Source: Polyangiales bacterium (GTDB lineage Bacteria; Myxococcota_A; Polyangia; Polyangiales; Ga0077539). Taken from it: a stretch of DNA of 64,000 nucleotides. The notes beneath the pieces were generated by a model. It did no database searches. It was not told the origin of the DNA and saw nothing but the letters and a program-made list of their open reading frames with translations. Position numbers and translations under genes: made by a program. The stretch is from assembly GCA_046351555.1 (NCBI GenBank), contig JAXLYI010000006.1:250284-314283 (forward strand), read 5' to 3'. Positions 48,953 through 58,722 of the stretch are shown here, piece after piece; position 1 is the stretch's first letter; every line of letters begins with the position of its first letter.

Positions 48953-50520
48953 TGACCCCCTTCGCGCGACTCCGAGCGCTCGTCGCGTGCGTCGCCGCGC
49001 TCGGCTGCGGCGCGCGCACGGGGCTCACCGACCGCGAGCCCGCGGCGCCGTGCGAGCACGACGAGTCGTGCGACGACGGGCTCTGGTGCAACGGCGCCGA
49101 GACCTGCCGCGCGGGCCGCTGCGCGCCGGGCACGCCCGTCGTGTGCGAGGGCGCCGCGCAATGCCTCGCGGCGACGTGCGACGAAGCGACGCGCGCCTGC
49201 GTCCGCGGGCCCGCCACGGAGGATCGCGACGGCGACGGGCACCGCGCGCCGCGCCCGGGGACGCGGCCCGGCGCGCCGGGCGCGTGCGGTGATGACTGCG
49301 ACGACAACGACCGCTTCGTCCGCCCCGGCGCGACCGAGGTGTGCAACGGCCGCGACGACGACTGCGACGGCGCCGTCGACGAGGGCGCGACGCTCTCCGC
49401 GCAGGACGACCCGGTGCTCGTGAGCGAGGCGGCGATGGCCCCGTCGGGGCCCGGCGGGCTCGCGTGGACGGGGTCGTCGTACGCGGCGAGCTACTGGGGC
49501 TACAGCGCGTCGAAGGCCCACGTGTACTTCTCGCGGCTGTCGCGCGAGGGGGCCGCGGTGGCGCCGCGCCGGCAGCTCACGACGATGCCGGCGGACGCGT
49601 TCGGCGCGGCGATCGCGTGGACGGGCGAGCGGCTCGGCGCCGCCTGGCAAGACCGCCGCGACGCCACCGGGGGCTACGAGGCGTACCTCAACCGCCTGAC
49701 GCTCGACGGCGAGAAGCTCGGGCCCGACCAGCGGGTCTCCTTCGCGCGCGGCTACTCGGTCAACGCGTCGATCACGTGGACGGGCGCGGCCTTCGTGCTC
49801 GCGTGGCAGGACGAGCGCGACCGGCTCGGCAGCGGGCTCTACGAGCTCTACGCGCAGCGGGTCGACGCCGAGGGCGGGCTGCTCGGCCCCGACCAGCGCC
49901 TCACCCGCGACGCGAGCACCAGCGAGAACCCCTCGGTCGAGCGCGGCCCCGACGGGCGCGTCGGCCTCGCGTGGATGCGCCGCGGGGGCGACGGACGCGC
50001 GGTGTGGTTCATGACGGCCGACGACGCGCTCCACCGGGTCGGGGCGGAGGCGCGGCTCTCCCCGCCCGGCCAGCAGGCCGTCAACGCCGCCCTCACCTGG
50101 AGCGGCGACCGCTGGGTCGTCGCCTGGTACGACGACGACCCGTCGTCGCCCGACCACGAGGTGTGGGGCGCCGCGGTCGACCGCGAGGGGCGCCCGCTCG
50201 TCGCCGCGCGGAGGCTCACGCGCGACCCGGGCTTCTCGCGCTACCCGGCCCTCCTGCCGCTCGGCGACCGCTTCCTCATGGTGTGGAGCGACGACCGCGA
50301 GGGCGGGCGCTACGGGCTCTTCGCGCAGGTGTTCTCGTTGGCGCTCGACCCGCTGACGGAGGCGTCGGCGGTGACGCGCGCGACGACGCCCACCACCGCG
50401 AGCGTCTACCCCGCGCTCTCACGCGGCCCCGAGGGCGACGTCGGCGTGCTCTTCCGCGACCAGCGCGACGGGCGCATCCAGACGTGGTTCACGCGATTGC
50501 GCTGCGCCATCCCGCGCTGA
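48952..50520 (+). CDS. Lipoprotein with MopE-like putative metal-binding Cys/Asp motifs and propeller-like repeats
   Basis: Lipobox ALGCGA. DRDGDGHR ... CGDDCDDND ... CNGRDDDCDG motifs. Then W/D-rich repeats (AWQDRRD, AWQDERD, VWSDDRE). Confidence 0.5.
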   Translation: MTPFARLRALVACVAALGCGARTGLTDREPAAPCEHDESCDDGLWCNGAETCRAGRCAPGTPVVCEGAAQCLAATCDEATRACVRGPATEDRDGDGHRAPRPGTRPGAPGACGDDCDDNDRFVRPGATEVCNGRDDDCDGAVDEGATLSAQDDPVLVSEAAMAPSGPGGLAWTGSSYAASYWGYSASKAHVYFSRLSREGAAVAPRRQLTTMPADAFGAAIAWTGERLGAAWQDRRDATGGYEAYLNRLTLDGEKLGPDQRVSFARGYSVNASITWTGAAFVLAWQDERDRLGSGLYELYAQRVDAEGGLLGPDQRLTRDASTSENPSVERGPDGRVGLAWMRRGGDGRAVWFMTADDALHRVGAEARLSPPGQQAVNAALTWSGDRWVVAWYDDDPSSPDHEVWGAAVDREGRPLVAARRLTRDPGFSRYPALLPLGDRFLMVWSDDREGGRYGLFAQVFSLALDPLTEASAVTRATTPTTASVYPALSRGPEGDVGVLFRDQRDGRIQTWFTRLRCAIPR

Positions 50521-50574
50521 ATCTTTGCCCCCGCCCCTTCCCGCGCTCCCCCCGCTCGCATAGAACACCCGCTC

Positions 50575-52797
50575 ATGGGAACCCCTCCGCTTGCTTGCCG
50601 CATGCGCGCGCTCGCCGCCGTCGCTGTCGCGCTCCTCGCCGCCCGCTGCACCGGCGCCACCGCGCCCCTCACGCCCGACGACGTCCCGCGCGCCACGCCC
50701 TGCACCGCGGGGATGACGGTCGCGTGCCCCTGCCCCAACGGCGCGGCGGGGATCCAGACCTGCGACCCGAGCTCCGGCGTCTTCAGCGCGTGCGCGTGCC
50801 TGTCCGTCGACGGCGGCCTCGACGCGACCGTGGTCCCGGACGCGACGCCGACCGACACGACCGTCGTCCCGGACGCGTCGCCCGCGGACGTCTCGGACGC
50901 GACGATCGTCTCGGACGCGCCGCCGGCCGACCGCCCCGTCTCCCCCGATGCGCCCGACGTCCCCGTCGCCACCGACGTCCCCATCGCCACCGACGTCCCC
51001 ATCTCGCCGACCGACGTCCCCGACGCGCCCAGCACATCGGGCACGCTCGTCTACGCCATCACGGGCCTCTCGGTCGACCGCGGCCCCGGCGGCGTAGCCC
51101 CCAACCCGGCGACGCAGGCGCAGGGGGTGGCGGGCTTCAACCTCGACGGGCGCTTCTCGGGCTTCACGGGCTCCGCCGCCGCCGACTGCGCGCACGGCGA
51201 TTTCTTCTCCGACCTCGACCCCGACCAGAACATGGGCACCTGCGCCACGGGCACGCTGCGCGGCGGCCCCTCGTGCACGGGTGGCGTCGACAACCAGCTC
51301 CCCGAGTTCGCCAGCATCTTCTCGGGCTTCGGCACCGACATCGCCACGGCCCTCGCCGACGACGTCCGCCAGGGCCGCACCGCGGTCGTCCTCCGCGTGA
51401 CGGGCGTCGACGGCGCGCCGGGCCCCTCGCTCGACGACCCCGCGGTGCGCGTGCTGGTGTACCCCGTCGCGCACCCCGCCTTCGCCAACTGCGCCTCCCT
51501 CGGCACGCCGGGTCTGGTCTACGCGGTCGACGACGCCTCGCTCGCGACGCCCGGCGACCTCGAGAGCGCGCGCCTCACGTTCACCGGCCGCATCGCGCGC
51601 GGCAGGCTCATCGTCGACCCGCCCGCCTCGGCCGCGGGCGCCGTCTTCCCGCTCACCTTCTCGACGCCGGCGCCGCTCACCGTGCCCCTCCAGGCCGCGC
51701 AGATCCGTTTCTCCGTCGCGCCCGACCAGGCGACCGGCGGCAACCTCGGCGGCTACACGCCCCTCGGCACGCTCGTCGCGCAGTTTCGCACCGTCCTCCC
51801 CGAGAGCATCCCCGACAGCACCGTCGCGACGGTGCTCTCGTCGCTCATCGACGTGCAGCTCCCGGCGGGGTCGGCGGCGGGCTGCGCTCCTCCCAACGGC
51901 GCCATCGCGATGGGCCTCGGGTTCACCGCCACGCGCGCGGCGATCGCGCCCACCACCGTCCGCGCGGCGGCGCCCGGCACCTGCGGCGGCCCACCGGGCC
52001 CCACCCTCGGCGCCTGCTACACCGAAGAGGCCGCCGGCGCCCTCTGCCCCGCCGCCGCCGTCGCGCAGGCGGACGCGACGCGCCCCTCGTACCGCGTCAC
52101 GCACGTCCGCGTCACCGCGCCCACCGCCCTCACCTCGCCCATCCTCCAGAACACCCTCAACGACGCGCTCCACCGCGGCAACTTCCTCTGGGGCCTCTCG
52201 CTCGACGTGCCGGGCCGCGCGCTTCGAAGCGGCGCGCTCAACCCCGCGCGCGTCACGCACGGCACCGTGGGCCAGGGCCTCTTCGACGGAACCTTCCGCT
52301 ACCACGCCGGCGACGCCCCCGGCGGATCCGCGACCCGCTACGACCCCGCGTCCACCACGCTCACCGGCACCGCCGCGAGCGCGTCGAGCGGCACCCTCAC
52401 CTCGCTCCGCCTGCCGATCTTCGACGCGTCCGGGGCGCCGCTCGCCGAGCTCCCGCTGCGCGACGTGCGCTTCACCGCGATCCGCCCCGCGGACGGGACG
52501 CGCTGCGTCGGGCTCGGACTCCTGAGCGGCGGCCGCTTCAACGAGTGCACGAGCGCGTGGCAGACCGCCGACGCGACGTCGCCCAACGGCGCCGTCGAGG
52601 GCGTCTTCACCGTCGCCGACGCGCGCACCGTCCAGATCCCCGCGCTCGCGACCTCGCTCTGCAACGTGCTCGCGGGCAGCGACTGCGACATGGTCCCGCA
52701 GGCGATGTGGATGCGGCCGCCCGACGCGACCGCCGGGGGCGCCGCGGGCTGGCGCTTCACCGCGGAGTTCGCCGCCGTGTCCGCGCGCATCCCGTGA
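50575..52797 (+). CDS. Secreted hypothetical lipoprotein
   Basis: Signal peptide and P/D/T-rich linker. The 740-aa ORF has normal composition. Confidence 0.45.
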   Translation: MGTPPLACRMRALAAVAVALLAARCTGATAPLTPDDVPRATPCTAGMTVACPCPNGAAGIQTCDPSSGVFSACACLSVDGGLDATVVPDATPTDTTVVPDASPADVSDATIVSDAPPADRPVSPDAPDVPVATDVPIATDVPISPTDVPDAPSTSGTLVYAITGLSVDRGPGGVAPNPATQAQGVAGFNLDGRFSGFTGSAAADCAHGDFFSDLDPDQNMGTCATGTLRGGPSCTGGVDNQLPEFASIFSGFGTDIATALADDVRQGRTAVVLRVTGVDGAPGPSLDDPAVRVLVYPVAHPAFANCASLGTPGLVYAVDDASLATPGDLESARLTFTGRIARGRLIVDPPASAAGAVFPLTFSTPAPLTVPLQAAQIRFSVAPDQATGGNLGGYTPLGTLVAQFRTVLPESIPDSTVATVLSSLIDVQLPAGSAAGCAPPNGAIAMGLGFTATRAAIAPTTVRAAAPGTCGGPPGPTLGACYTEEAAGALCPAAAVAQADATRPSYRVTHVRVTAPTALTSPILQNTLNDALHRGNFLWGLSLDVPGRALRSGALNPARVTHGTVGQGLFDGTFRYHAGDAPGGSATRYDPASTTLTGTAASASSGTLTSLRLPIFDASGAPLAELPLRDVRFTAIRPADGTRCVGLGLLSGGRFNECTSAWQTADATSPNGAVEGVFTVADARTVQIPALATSLCNVLAGSDCDMVPQAMWMRPPDATAGGAAGWRFTAEFAAVSARIP

Positions 52798-54707
52798 AGG
52801 CACCTCGACTCGCCGCGCGGGTCTCCGCCGCCGTCCTCGCCGCGGCCTCCGGCGCTACCCTCCGCTCGATGACGCCCTTCACCCCGTGGTGGGGCGACGT
52901 CGCGCTCTTCGCGAGCTTCGCCGCCATGGGCTGGTGGGGCGTCCGCACCGCCGAGCGCCTCCCCGACGCGACGCCGCGCGCGCAGGTGTTCGCCGGCGCC
53001 CGCTGGATCGCCCTCGCCGGCCTCCTCGTCGTCGGCTTCGGCTTCGCCGTGACGGCCTCGTCGCGCGCGGAGATGGCCGGGCTCCTGGGCTTCGCGTTCC
53101 TCACGCTGGGGGCGCTGCTGACGGCGGTGGCCGCGGGGGGCGTCGCGATCGGCTGCGCCACGGGCCGCGTCGTCGTCGCGCTGGGCGACGCCCCACCGCG
53201 CGACGCGCTCGACCACCTCGCCGCCCGCGTGGCGCTCTGGCACGGGCTCGCGGGCGCGCTGCTGTTCGTGGCGGGGCGCGGGATGGTCGTCTGGCTCGGC
53301 CTCGCCGAATCGCTCGCGGCGGTCGCGCTGGCCGCCGTCGCGTGGCGCCGCGACGGCGCGCGCCTCGCGTGGGTCGAGCGCGTGAAGGCCGGGCGCGAGC
53401 CCCCGTGGCGCTGGGAGACGTCGCCGCGCGCGGGCGCGCCCCGCTGGTCGGCGGCCGACGACGCGACGGCCACGGCCGCGATCGTGCGGGGCCCCGAGGC
53501 GCGCGCGGAGTCCCCCTTCCGCGATGCGCCCGCGGAGCCGCTGGAGGCGTGGTCCGCGTCGGAGGCGCTGACCGACCGGCTCCGCGCGCGCCGCCGGCGA
53601 ACCGCGGTGACGGCGGGCGCGACCCTCTGCGCGCTCGGCGTGGCCGCGCTCGTGTACCGCTCGGTGGCCGCGCACTCCTTCCCAGAAGGGACCACCGTCC
53701 CCGCGCGCGTCCGCTCGCTCGGCGGCGACGTCGCCCGCGCGCGCGGCGCCAACGGGGCCGTGTGCGTCGAGCTCGACGGCGACCCGACGCCGCGCTGCTG
53801 GGGCAACCACGCCTGGCGCTTCGCCGGGATCGACCAGGCCCGCCGCGCGCCGACGTCCCTCGACGCGCTCCGCGGGCTGCGCGGACTCTCGCTGGGCTTC
53901 ATGCACGCGTGCGCGGTCCGCGCGGACGGGCGCGTCGCGTGCTGGGGCCACGGCGGCGACGGGCGCCTCGGCGGCAACGGCGAGGACGCACGGCGCCCGC
54001 GGGTGGTGGCCGGCGTCGACGGCGTCGCGCAGGTGGCGGTGGGCGGCGCCTTCTCCTGCGCGCTCCGCCGCGACGGGAGCGCGTGGTGCTGGGGATGCTC
54101 GCCGCTCCGCGCGCGCACCGACCCCGGTGGCTGCGCGGTGTACGCACCCGAGCGCGTCGCGAACGTCCCCGCCTTCGCGGAGCTCGCCGCGGGCGAGGCG
54201 CACGCCTGCGGCCGCACCGAGGACGGCGCCGTGTGGTGCTGGGGCGCCATCGGCGCGATGCCGGCCGAGCAGGGCGTGTTCGCGCTCGGCCCGCAGCCAC
54301 CGCGGCGCGTGCCGTTGGAGGCGCCGGCGCGCGCGATCTTCGCGGGGCCCTACGGCGGTATTGCGCTCGACGCGCGCGGCCGCGCGTGGTGGTGGGGCGA
54401 CGTGCGCGGGCTCGACCGGCCGCCGGGCGTCGTGCCGGGCGGCGTCGCGGAGCTGCCGCTGGCGGTCGCGTCGGTGTCGCAGGCGGCGGATGGCGGCTGC
54501 GCGCTCCTGCGCGACGGGGCGGTGGCGTGCTGGGGCGACAACGGCCGCGGGCAGCGGGGCCTCGGGCACCGGAACGCGGTGGTGGGCGTGACGCGCGTGC
54601 CGGGCGTCGCGGGGATGCGGGGCGTGACGACGGCCGACGGCGGCGCGTGCGCGTGGGGCCCCGCGGGCGTGGTGTGCTGGGGAACGATGGGGCAGGAGGG
54701 CTGGTAG
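52794..54707 (+). CDS. RCC1-repeat protein with N-terminal polytopic membrane domain
   Basis: GTG overlaps the previous stop. Hydrophobic N-terminal roughly 200 aa. Then RCC1-like repeats (ACWGHGGDGRLG, AWCWG, AVWCWG, VACWGDNGRGQRG). The listed 1788-aa ORF is chimeric. Confidence 0.6.
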   Translation: MKAPRLAARVSAAVLAAASGATLRSMTPFTPWWGDVALFASFAAMGWWGVRTAERLPDATPRAQVFAGARWIALAGLLVVGFGFAVTASSRAEMAGLLGFAFLTLGALLTAVAAGGVAIGCATGRVVVALGDAPPRDALDHLAARVALWHGLAGALLFVAGRGMVVWLGLAESLAAVALAAVAWRRDGARLAWVERVKAGREPPWRWETSPRAGAPRWSAADDATATAAIVRGPEARAESPFRDAPAEPLEAWSASEALTDRLRARRRRTAVTAGATLCALGVAALVYRSVAAHSFPEGTTVPARVRSLGGDVARARGANGAVCVELDGDPTPRCWGNHAWRFAGIDQARRAPTSLDALRGLRGLSLGFMHACAVRADGRVACWGHGGDGRLGGNGEDARRPRVVAGVDGVAQVAVGGAFSCALRRDGSAWCWGCSPLRARTDPGGCAVYAPERVANVPAFAELAAGEAHACGRTEDGAVWCWGAIGAMPAEQGVFALGPQPPRRVPLEAPARAIFAGPYGGIALDARGRAWWWGDVRGLDRPPGVVPGGVAELPLAVASVSQAADGGCALLRDGAVACWGDNGRGQRGLGHRNAVVGVTRVPGVAGMRGVTTADGGACAWGPAGVVCWGTMGQEGW

Positions 54708-54722
54708 GGAGCAGCGGGACGC

Positions 54723-55544
54723 TCACCCCCTCGGCGCCCACGCCGCGTCGAGGAAGCCGAGCAGCTCGCGGTCGAGGCGCGCCGGGCTCCAGCGCCACTC
54801 GAGGATCGACGTCGCCTCCACCAGCCGCGCACCCGGCAACTCGCGCGCGAGCATGTCGGCGTCGCTGAAGGGGTGGATCGGGTCGCGCGCGTGGCCGATC
54901 ACCAGCGCCGGGTGCTTGAGCCGCTTGCGCTCGGAGGCCGGCGGCGCGACGCGGCCGAAGGTGATCCCGTCGAGGATCGCCAGGGACGTCTCCGGGTCGC
55001 GCCGCACGAAATCGATCATCAGGTCGGCGAGGAAGACCGTCCGCGGGATGAGCCGCGTGGCGGCGGCGAGGAGGTTCATCCCGCGGCGGCTGACGCGGAT
55101 GGCGAAGGCCAGGGGAACGAAGAGCGCGCCGGCGCCGGCGAGGCCGTTCTCGAGCACGGGCATCTCGACGACGAGGGCGCGCACGCGGTCGGGCGCGGCC
55201 ACCGCCACCTCCAGCGAGACGTTGGCCCCGAGCGACGTGCCGCCCACCACCGCCTGCGGGACGCCGAGGTGGTCGAGCAGCGCGATCACGTCGCGCCCGT
55301 AGAGCGTCATCGAGTGGGCCGTCATGTCGCGCACCGGGTCAGAGTCGCCGTGGCCCAGCATGTCGACCGTCAGCACCCGGTACCCCCGCGCCGCCAGCTC
55401 CGGCGCCAGCTTCTGGAACATCCTCCCGTCCATCAGCAGCCCGTGCGTGAGAACCACCACGCGCATGCCCGCGCCGTACTCGCGCCACGCGATCCGCCGG
55501 CCGTCGCGTTCGAAGTGCTGGGAGGGGGGGACGTTGTTCGCCAT
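54723..55544 (-). CDS. Alpha/beta hydrolase
   Basis: VLTHGLLMDG and the GTSLG nucleophile elbow. Confidence 0.8.
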   Translation of the reverse strand: MANNVPPSQHFERDGRRIAWREYGAGMRVVVLTHGLLMDGRMFQKLAPELAARGYRVLTVDMLGHGDSDPVRDMTAHSMTLYGRDVIALLDHLGVPQAVVGGTSLGANVSLEVAVAAPDRVRALVVEMPVLENGLAGAGALFVPLAFAIRVSRRGMNLLAAATRLIPRTVFLADLMIDFVRRDPETSLAILDGITFGRVAPPASERKRLKHPALVIGHARDPIHPFSDADMLARELPGARLVEATSILEWRWSPARLDRELLGFLDAAWAPRG

Positions 55545-55597
55545 ACGCCCGCGGAGACTACGACAGGCGCGCGCCGCGAGACGAGCCTCCGTCGCGC

Positions 55598-57583
55598 TCA
55601 GCCGCCGTCGATCGCGTCGCGGGGGGCGTCCGCGGCCGCGTCCACCGCCGCGTCGGCGTCGCGGGGGACGTCCGCCGCGTCCACCGTCGCGTCGGCGTCG
55701 CGGGGGACGTCCGCGGCCGCGTCCACCGTCGCGTCGGCGTCGCGGGGAACATCCGCCAGAACGTCCGCCGCGGCGTCCGCCCCCGCGTCAGGGCCCGGCG
55801 CGCGGCACGCGCCCGCGACGCAGCTCTGCCCCGTCGGGCACGCGGCGCCGCACACGCCGCAGTGGGCCGAGCTCGTCTGGAGGTTGACGCAGACGGCCGA
55901 CGCGCCCGTGCCGCAGGCGATCTGTCCGGCCGGGCACGCGCACTCGTTCGCGACGCACGACGCGCCCCCGACGCACGCGCGGCCGCACGCGCCGCAGTGG
56001 GCCGAGCTCGTCTCCAGCACCGTCTCGCAGCCGTTGGCCTCGACCGCGTCGCAGTTGCCGAAGCCCGTCACGCACGTCCCCAGCCGGCACACGCCCGCCG
56101 CGCAGGAGGCCGCCGCGTGGGCGAAGGCGCACACCGTCCCGCAGCGCCCGCAGTTGCGCCCGTTGACCGCGAACTCCGCCTCGCAGCCGTTGGCGAGGCT
56201 CGCGTCGCAGTCGCCGAAGCCTGCCCGGCACGCGATGGCGGCGCACGCCCCGCCGGCGCAGGTGGGCGTCCCGTTGGTGGCGTTGCAGGCGCGGCCGCAG
56301 CCGCCGCACGCGGTCGCGCTGGTGAGGGTGTTCTGCTCGCAGCCGTTGGGTGCCATGCCGTCGCAGTCGGCCAGCGGGGCCGCGCAGGTGGCGCCGACGA
56401 CGCACATGCTCCCGACGCACGTCGCCGTGCGCCCGGTCGGGGCGGTGCACCGCACGCCGCACGCGCCGCAGTTGGCGGGGTCGGCGGCGGTGTTCACCTC
56501 GCAGCCGTCGGCGGGCATCCCGTTGCAGTCGGAGAAGCCCGGGTCGCAGGCGTCGAGCGCGCAGGCGCCATCGTCGCAGCGCGCCCGCGCGTTGGGGAAG
56601 CGGCAGCGGGCGCTGCACGCGCCGCAGTTGGCGGGGTCGGACGCGGTGCTCACCTCGCAGCCCGCGCCCGCGCCGCAGTCGGCGAAGCCCGGCGCGCAGG
56701 CCACCTGCACGCAGCCCCCGGCGAGGCACACCGCCAGCCCGTTCGGGAAGGCCGTGGCGCAGTTGACCCCGCAGGCGCCGCAGTGGCGGTTGCTCGACCC
56801 GAGGTCGGCGCAGACCTCGCCGCACGCCGCGAGCCCCGCCGGGCAGCGGCACGCCCCGCCCGAGCACACCCGGCCCTCCGGGCACGCCATCCCGCACCCG
56901 CCGCAGTGGAGCGCGTCGGTGGCGGGGTTCACGCAGCCCGCGCCAGCGCAGAACGTCTGCCCCGACACCGGGCACGCGCACGCGCCCGCGGCGCACACCT
57001 GGCCGCCCGGGCACGCCATGCCGCACGCGCCGCAGTTGAGCGCGTCGGTCGCGAGGTTGGTGCAGCCAACGCCGGCGCAGAAGCTCTGCCCGGTCACCGC
57101 GCACTGACACGCCCCCGCGCGGCACACCTCGCCGGGGTTGCACGCGCGGTCGCACGCGCCGCAGTGCTCGCTGTTGGTCTGCGCGTTGACGCAGCCCGCG
57201 GCCACGCAGAAGGTGAGCCCCGGCGTCGGGCACGCGGCCGCCTCGGGGGCGACGTCGGGCGCGACGTCGGGCGCGACGTCGGGCGGCTCGCGGAGGTCGG
57301 GCGCGACGTCGGCGGCCGCGTCGAGGCAGGCGGCGGCGCAGCGCCCGCCGCAGAGCGTCTGGCCCGCGGGGCAGGGCGCGCAGTTGGAGAGCTCGGCGGG
57401 GTCTCCCTCGCACGCGAGCCCGGGGGCGCAGGGCGACGCGCCGCCGTCTTCATTGGGGCGGCAGCAGCGCTGGCCGGCGGCGCCGCAGGGCCCGCGCGGC
57501 GGCGCGTCGAGCGCGGGCGCGCACGCCGCGAGGAGCGCCAAGGCCGCGAGGCGCGCGAAGCGAAGGAGGGTGCGTCCGTGCAT
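55598..57583 (-). CDS. Secreted myxo-type Cys-rich repeat protein
   Basis: Signal peptide. Many C-x-CG-x-CG-x-C repeats. C-terminal tandem DVPRDADATVDAA repeats. Confidence 0.6.
   Translation of the reverse strand: MHGRTLLRFARLAALALLAACAPALDAPPRGPCGAAGQRCCRPNEDGGASPCAPGLACEGDPAELSNCAPCPAGQTLCGGRCAAACLDAAADVAPDLREPPDVAPDVAPDVAPEAAACPTPGLTFCVAAGCVNAQTNSEHCGACDRACNPGEVCRAGACQCAVTGQSFCAGVGCTNLATDALNCGACGMACPGGQVCAAGACACPVSGQTFCAGAGCVNPATDALHCGGCGMACPEGRVCSGGACRCPAGLAACGEVCADLGSSNRHCGACGVNCATAFPNGLAVCLAGGCVQVACAPGFADCGAGAGCEVSTASDPANCGACSARCRFPNARARCDDGACALDACDPGFSDCNGMPADGCEVNTAADPANCGACGVRCTAPTGRTATCVGSMCVVGATCAAPLADCDGMAPNGCEQNTLTSATACGGCGRACNATNGTPTCAGGACAAIACRAGFGDCDASLANGCEAEFAVNGRNCGRCGTVCAFAHAAASCAAGVCRLGTCVTGFGNCDAVEANGCETVLETSSAHCGACGRACVGGASCVANECACPAGQIACGTGASAVCVNLQTSSAHCGVCGAACPTGQSCVAGACRAPGPDAGADAAADVLADVPRDADATVDAAADVPRDADATVDAADVPRDADAAVDAAADAPRDAIDGG
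55610..55800. repeat. About 42-bp coding tandem repeats (DVPRDADATVDAA units)
   Basis: gtcgcgggggacgtccgc ... gtccaccg repeated about 3.5 times. Confidence 0.6.
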
Positions 57584-57591
57584 GCGGTGAC

Positions 57592-58713
57592 TCAGAAGCG
57601 AAGGTGGAGCGACGCGCCGGCCGCGCCGGCGCCGAACATCGGGGACACGCGCACGGCCGCCGCCCGCCGCGCGGGGGACGGGAGCGCGAGCAGCACGGCG
57701 CCCGCGCCCGCGAGCGCGAGGCCCGCCACGCCGAAGCCGACGTACAGCGCCGCGGCCCCGTCGCGCCCGTCGCAGAGCGAGCGCGCTGGAGAAGCGACCG
57801 GGCGCGCGTCGGCCCGCGCGCGGTCGCACACCACGTCGGCGGAGAGGCGTCGGTCGAGGTTCACCGCGTCCTGGTAGCGCTGCCAGCCGGCGCCGAACTC
57901 GCCGGTCGCGTTCGAAGCGTCGTCGGCCGCGGCGGAGGCGCGCGCGTAGAAGACGATCGACGCCACCCCCGACGCGACGCCGAGGCCCACCAGCGCGAGG
58001 CCCGTCGCGCGCAACGGCGTGAAGAACGAAGCCGGGGGCGGGGGTGGCGGAGGTGGAGGAGGCGGTGGAGGCGGAGGCGGCGGCGGAGGCGGCGGAGGCG
58101 GTGGCGCGACCGGCAGCGGGAGCGCGACCTCGACGCGCTCGGTGGCGCCCGCGGCGAGGGTGAGGTCGCGGCGGAAGGGCGCGCGCTCGGGCGCCGAGGC
58201 GTCGACGGTGACGGCGCCGGGGAGGAGGGCGATCGGGGCGTTCCACGCGGCAGCGGGGACGGTGCGGTCGCCGACGTGGACGAGGAGCCCGTCGGGCGCG
58301 GGCGACGCGACGCGGAGCTCGAGGTGCGCGAGCTGCGGCGCCACGCGGTCGCGGACCTCGGCGCACTCGCGGAGCACGCGCTCACGATGGCGCAGCCCGG
58401 CCTGCGCCTCGGCCTCCGCGAGGCACGCGCGCGCCATCGCCTCGGCGTCGATCAGGTGCGCCGCGCCCCCCGGCTCGCGCGCGAGCGCGGCGTGCTCCTC
58501 GGCGAGGAAGAGCCGCAGCGCCGGGGTCATCTGGGTGGCGCCGGCCTCGGTCGCGCGCCGCAGCGCCTCCGCGTGGTCGCCGCGCGTCGAGAGTTCGAAC
58601 GCGCGCTCGAGCTCGGCCTGCCAGCGCCGCCGCGCGCCGCCCGAGAGCTGCGCGCGGGCGTCGGCCGACGCCAGGAGCGCCGCCGCGGCGATCGCGATCG
58701 AGAGGGGGCGCAT
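57592..58713 (-). CDS. Secreted protein with 26-residue poly-proline tract
   Basis: Signal peptide. A P26 run. C-terminal hydrophobic segment ending in F. Lies 9 nt upstream of the Cys-rich gene. Confidence 0.45.
   Translation of the reverse strand: MRPLSIAIAAAALLASADARAQLSGGARRRWQAELERAFELSTRGDHAEALRRATEAGATQMTPALRLFLAEEHAALAREPGGAAHLIDAEAMARACLAEAEAQAGLRHRERVLRECAEVRDRVAPQLAHLELRVASPAPDGLLVHVGDRTVPAAAWNAPIALLPGAVTVDASAPERAPFRRDLTLAAGATERVEVALPLPVAPPPPPPPPPPPPPPPPPPPPPPPPASFFTPLRATGLALVGLGVASGVASIVFYARASAAADDASNATGEFGAGWQRYQDAVNLDRRLSADVVCDRARADARPVASPARSLCDGRDGAAALYVGFGVAGLALAGAGAVLLALPSPARRAAAVRVSPMFGAGAAGASLHLRF
58030..58110. repeat. GGN/CCN simple repeat encoding P26
   Basis: ggcgggggtggcggaggtggaggaggcggtggaggcggaggc ... 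tract. Confidence 0.7.
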
Positions 58714-58722
58714 GCCGGCGGC

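Noticed and set aside
49341-52793. N-terminal 1150 aa of the 1788-aa + ORF
   Set aside because: R/G/P-rich alternate frame running over two real lipoprotein genes. Only 52794..54707 (RCC1 protein) is kept.
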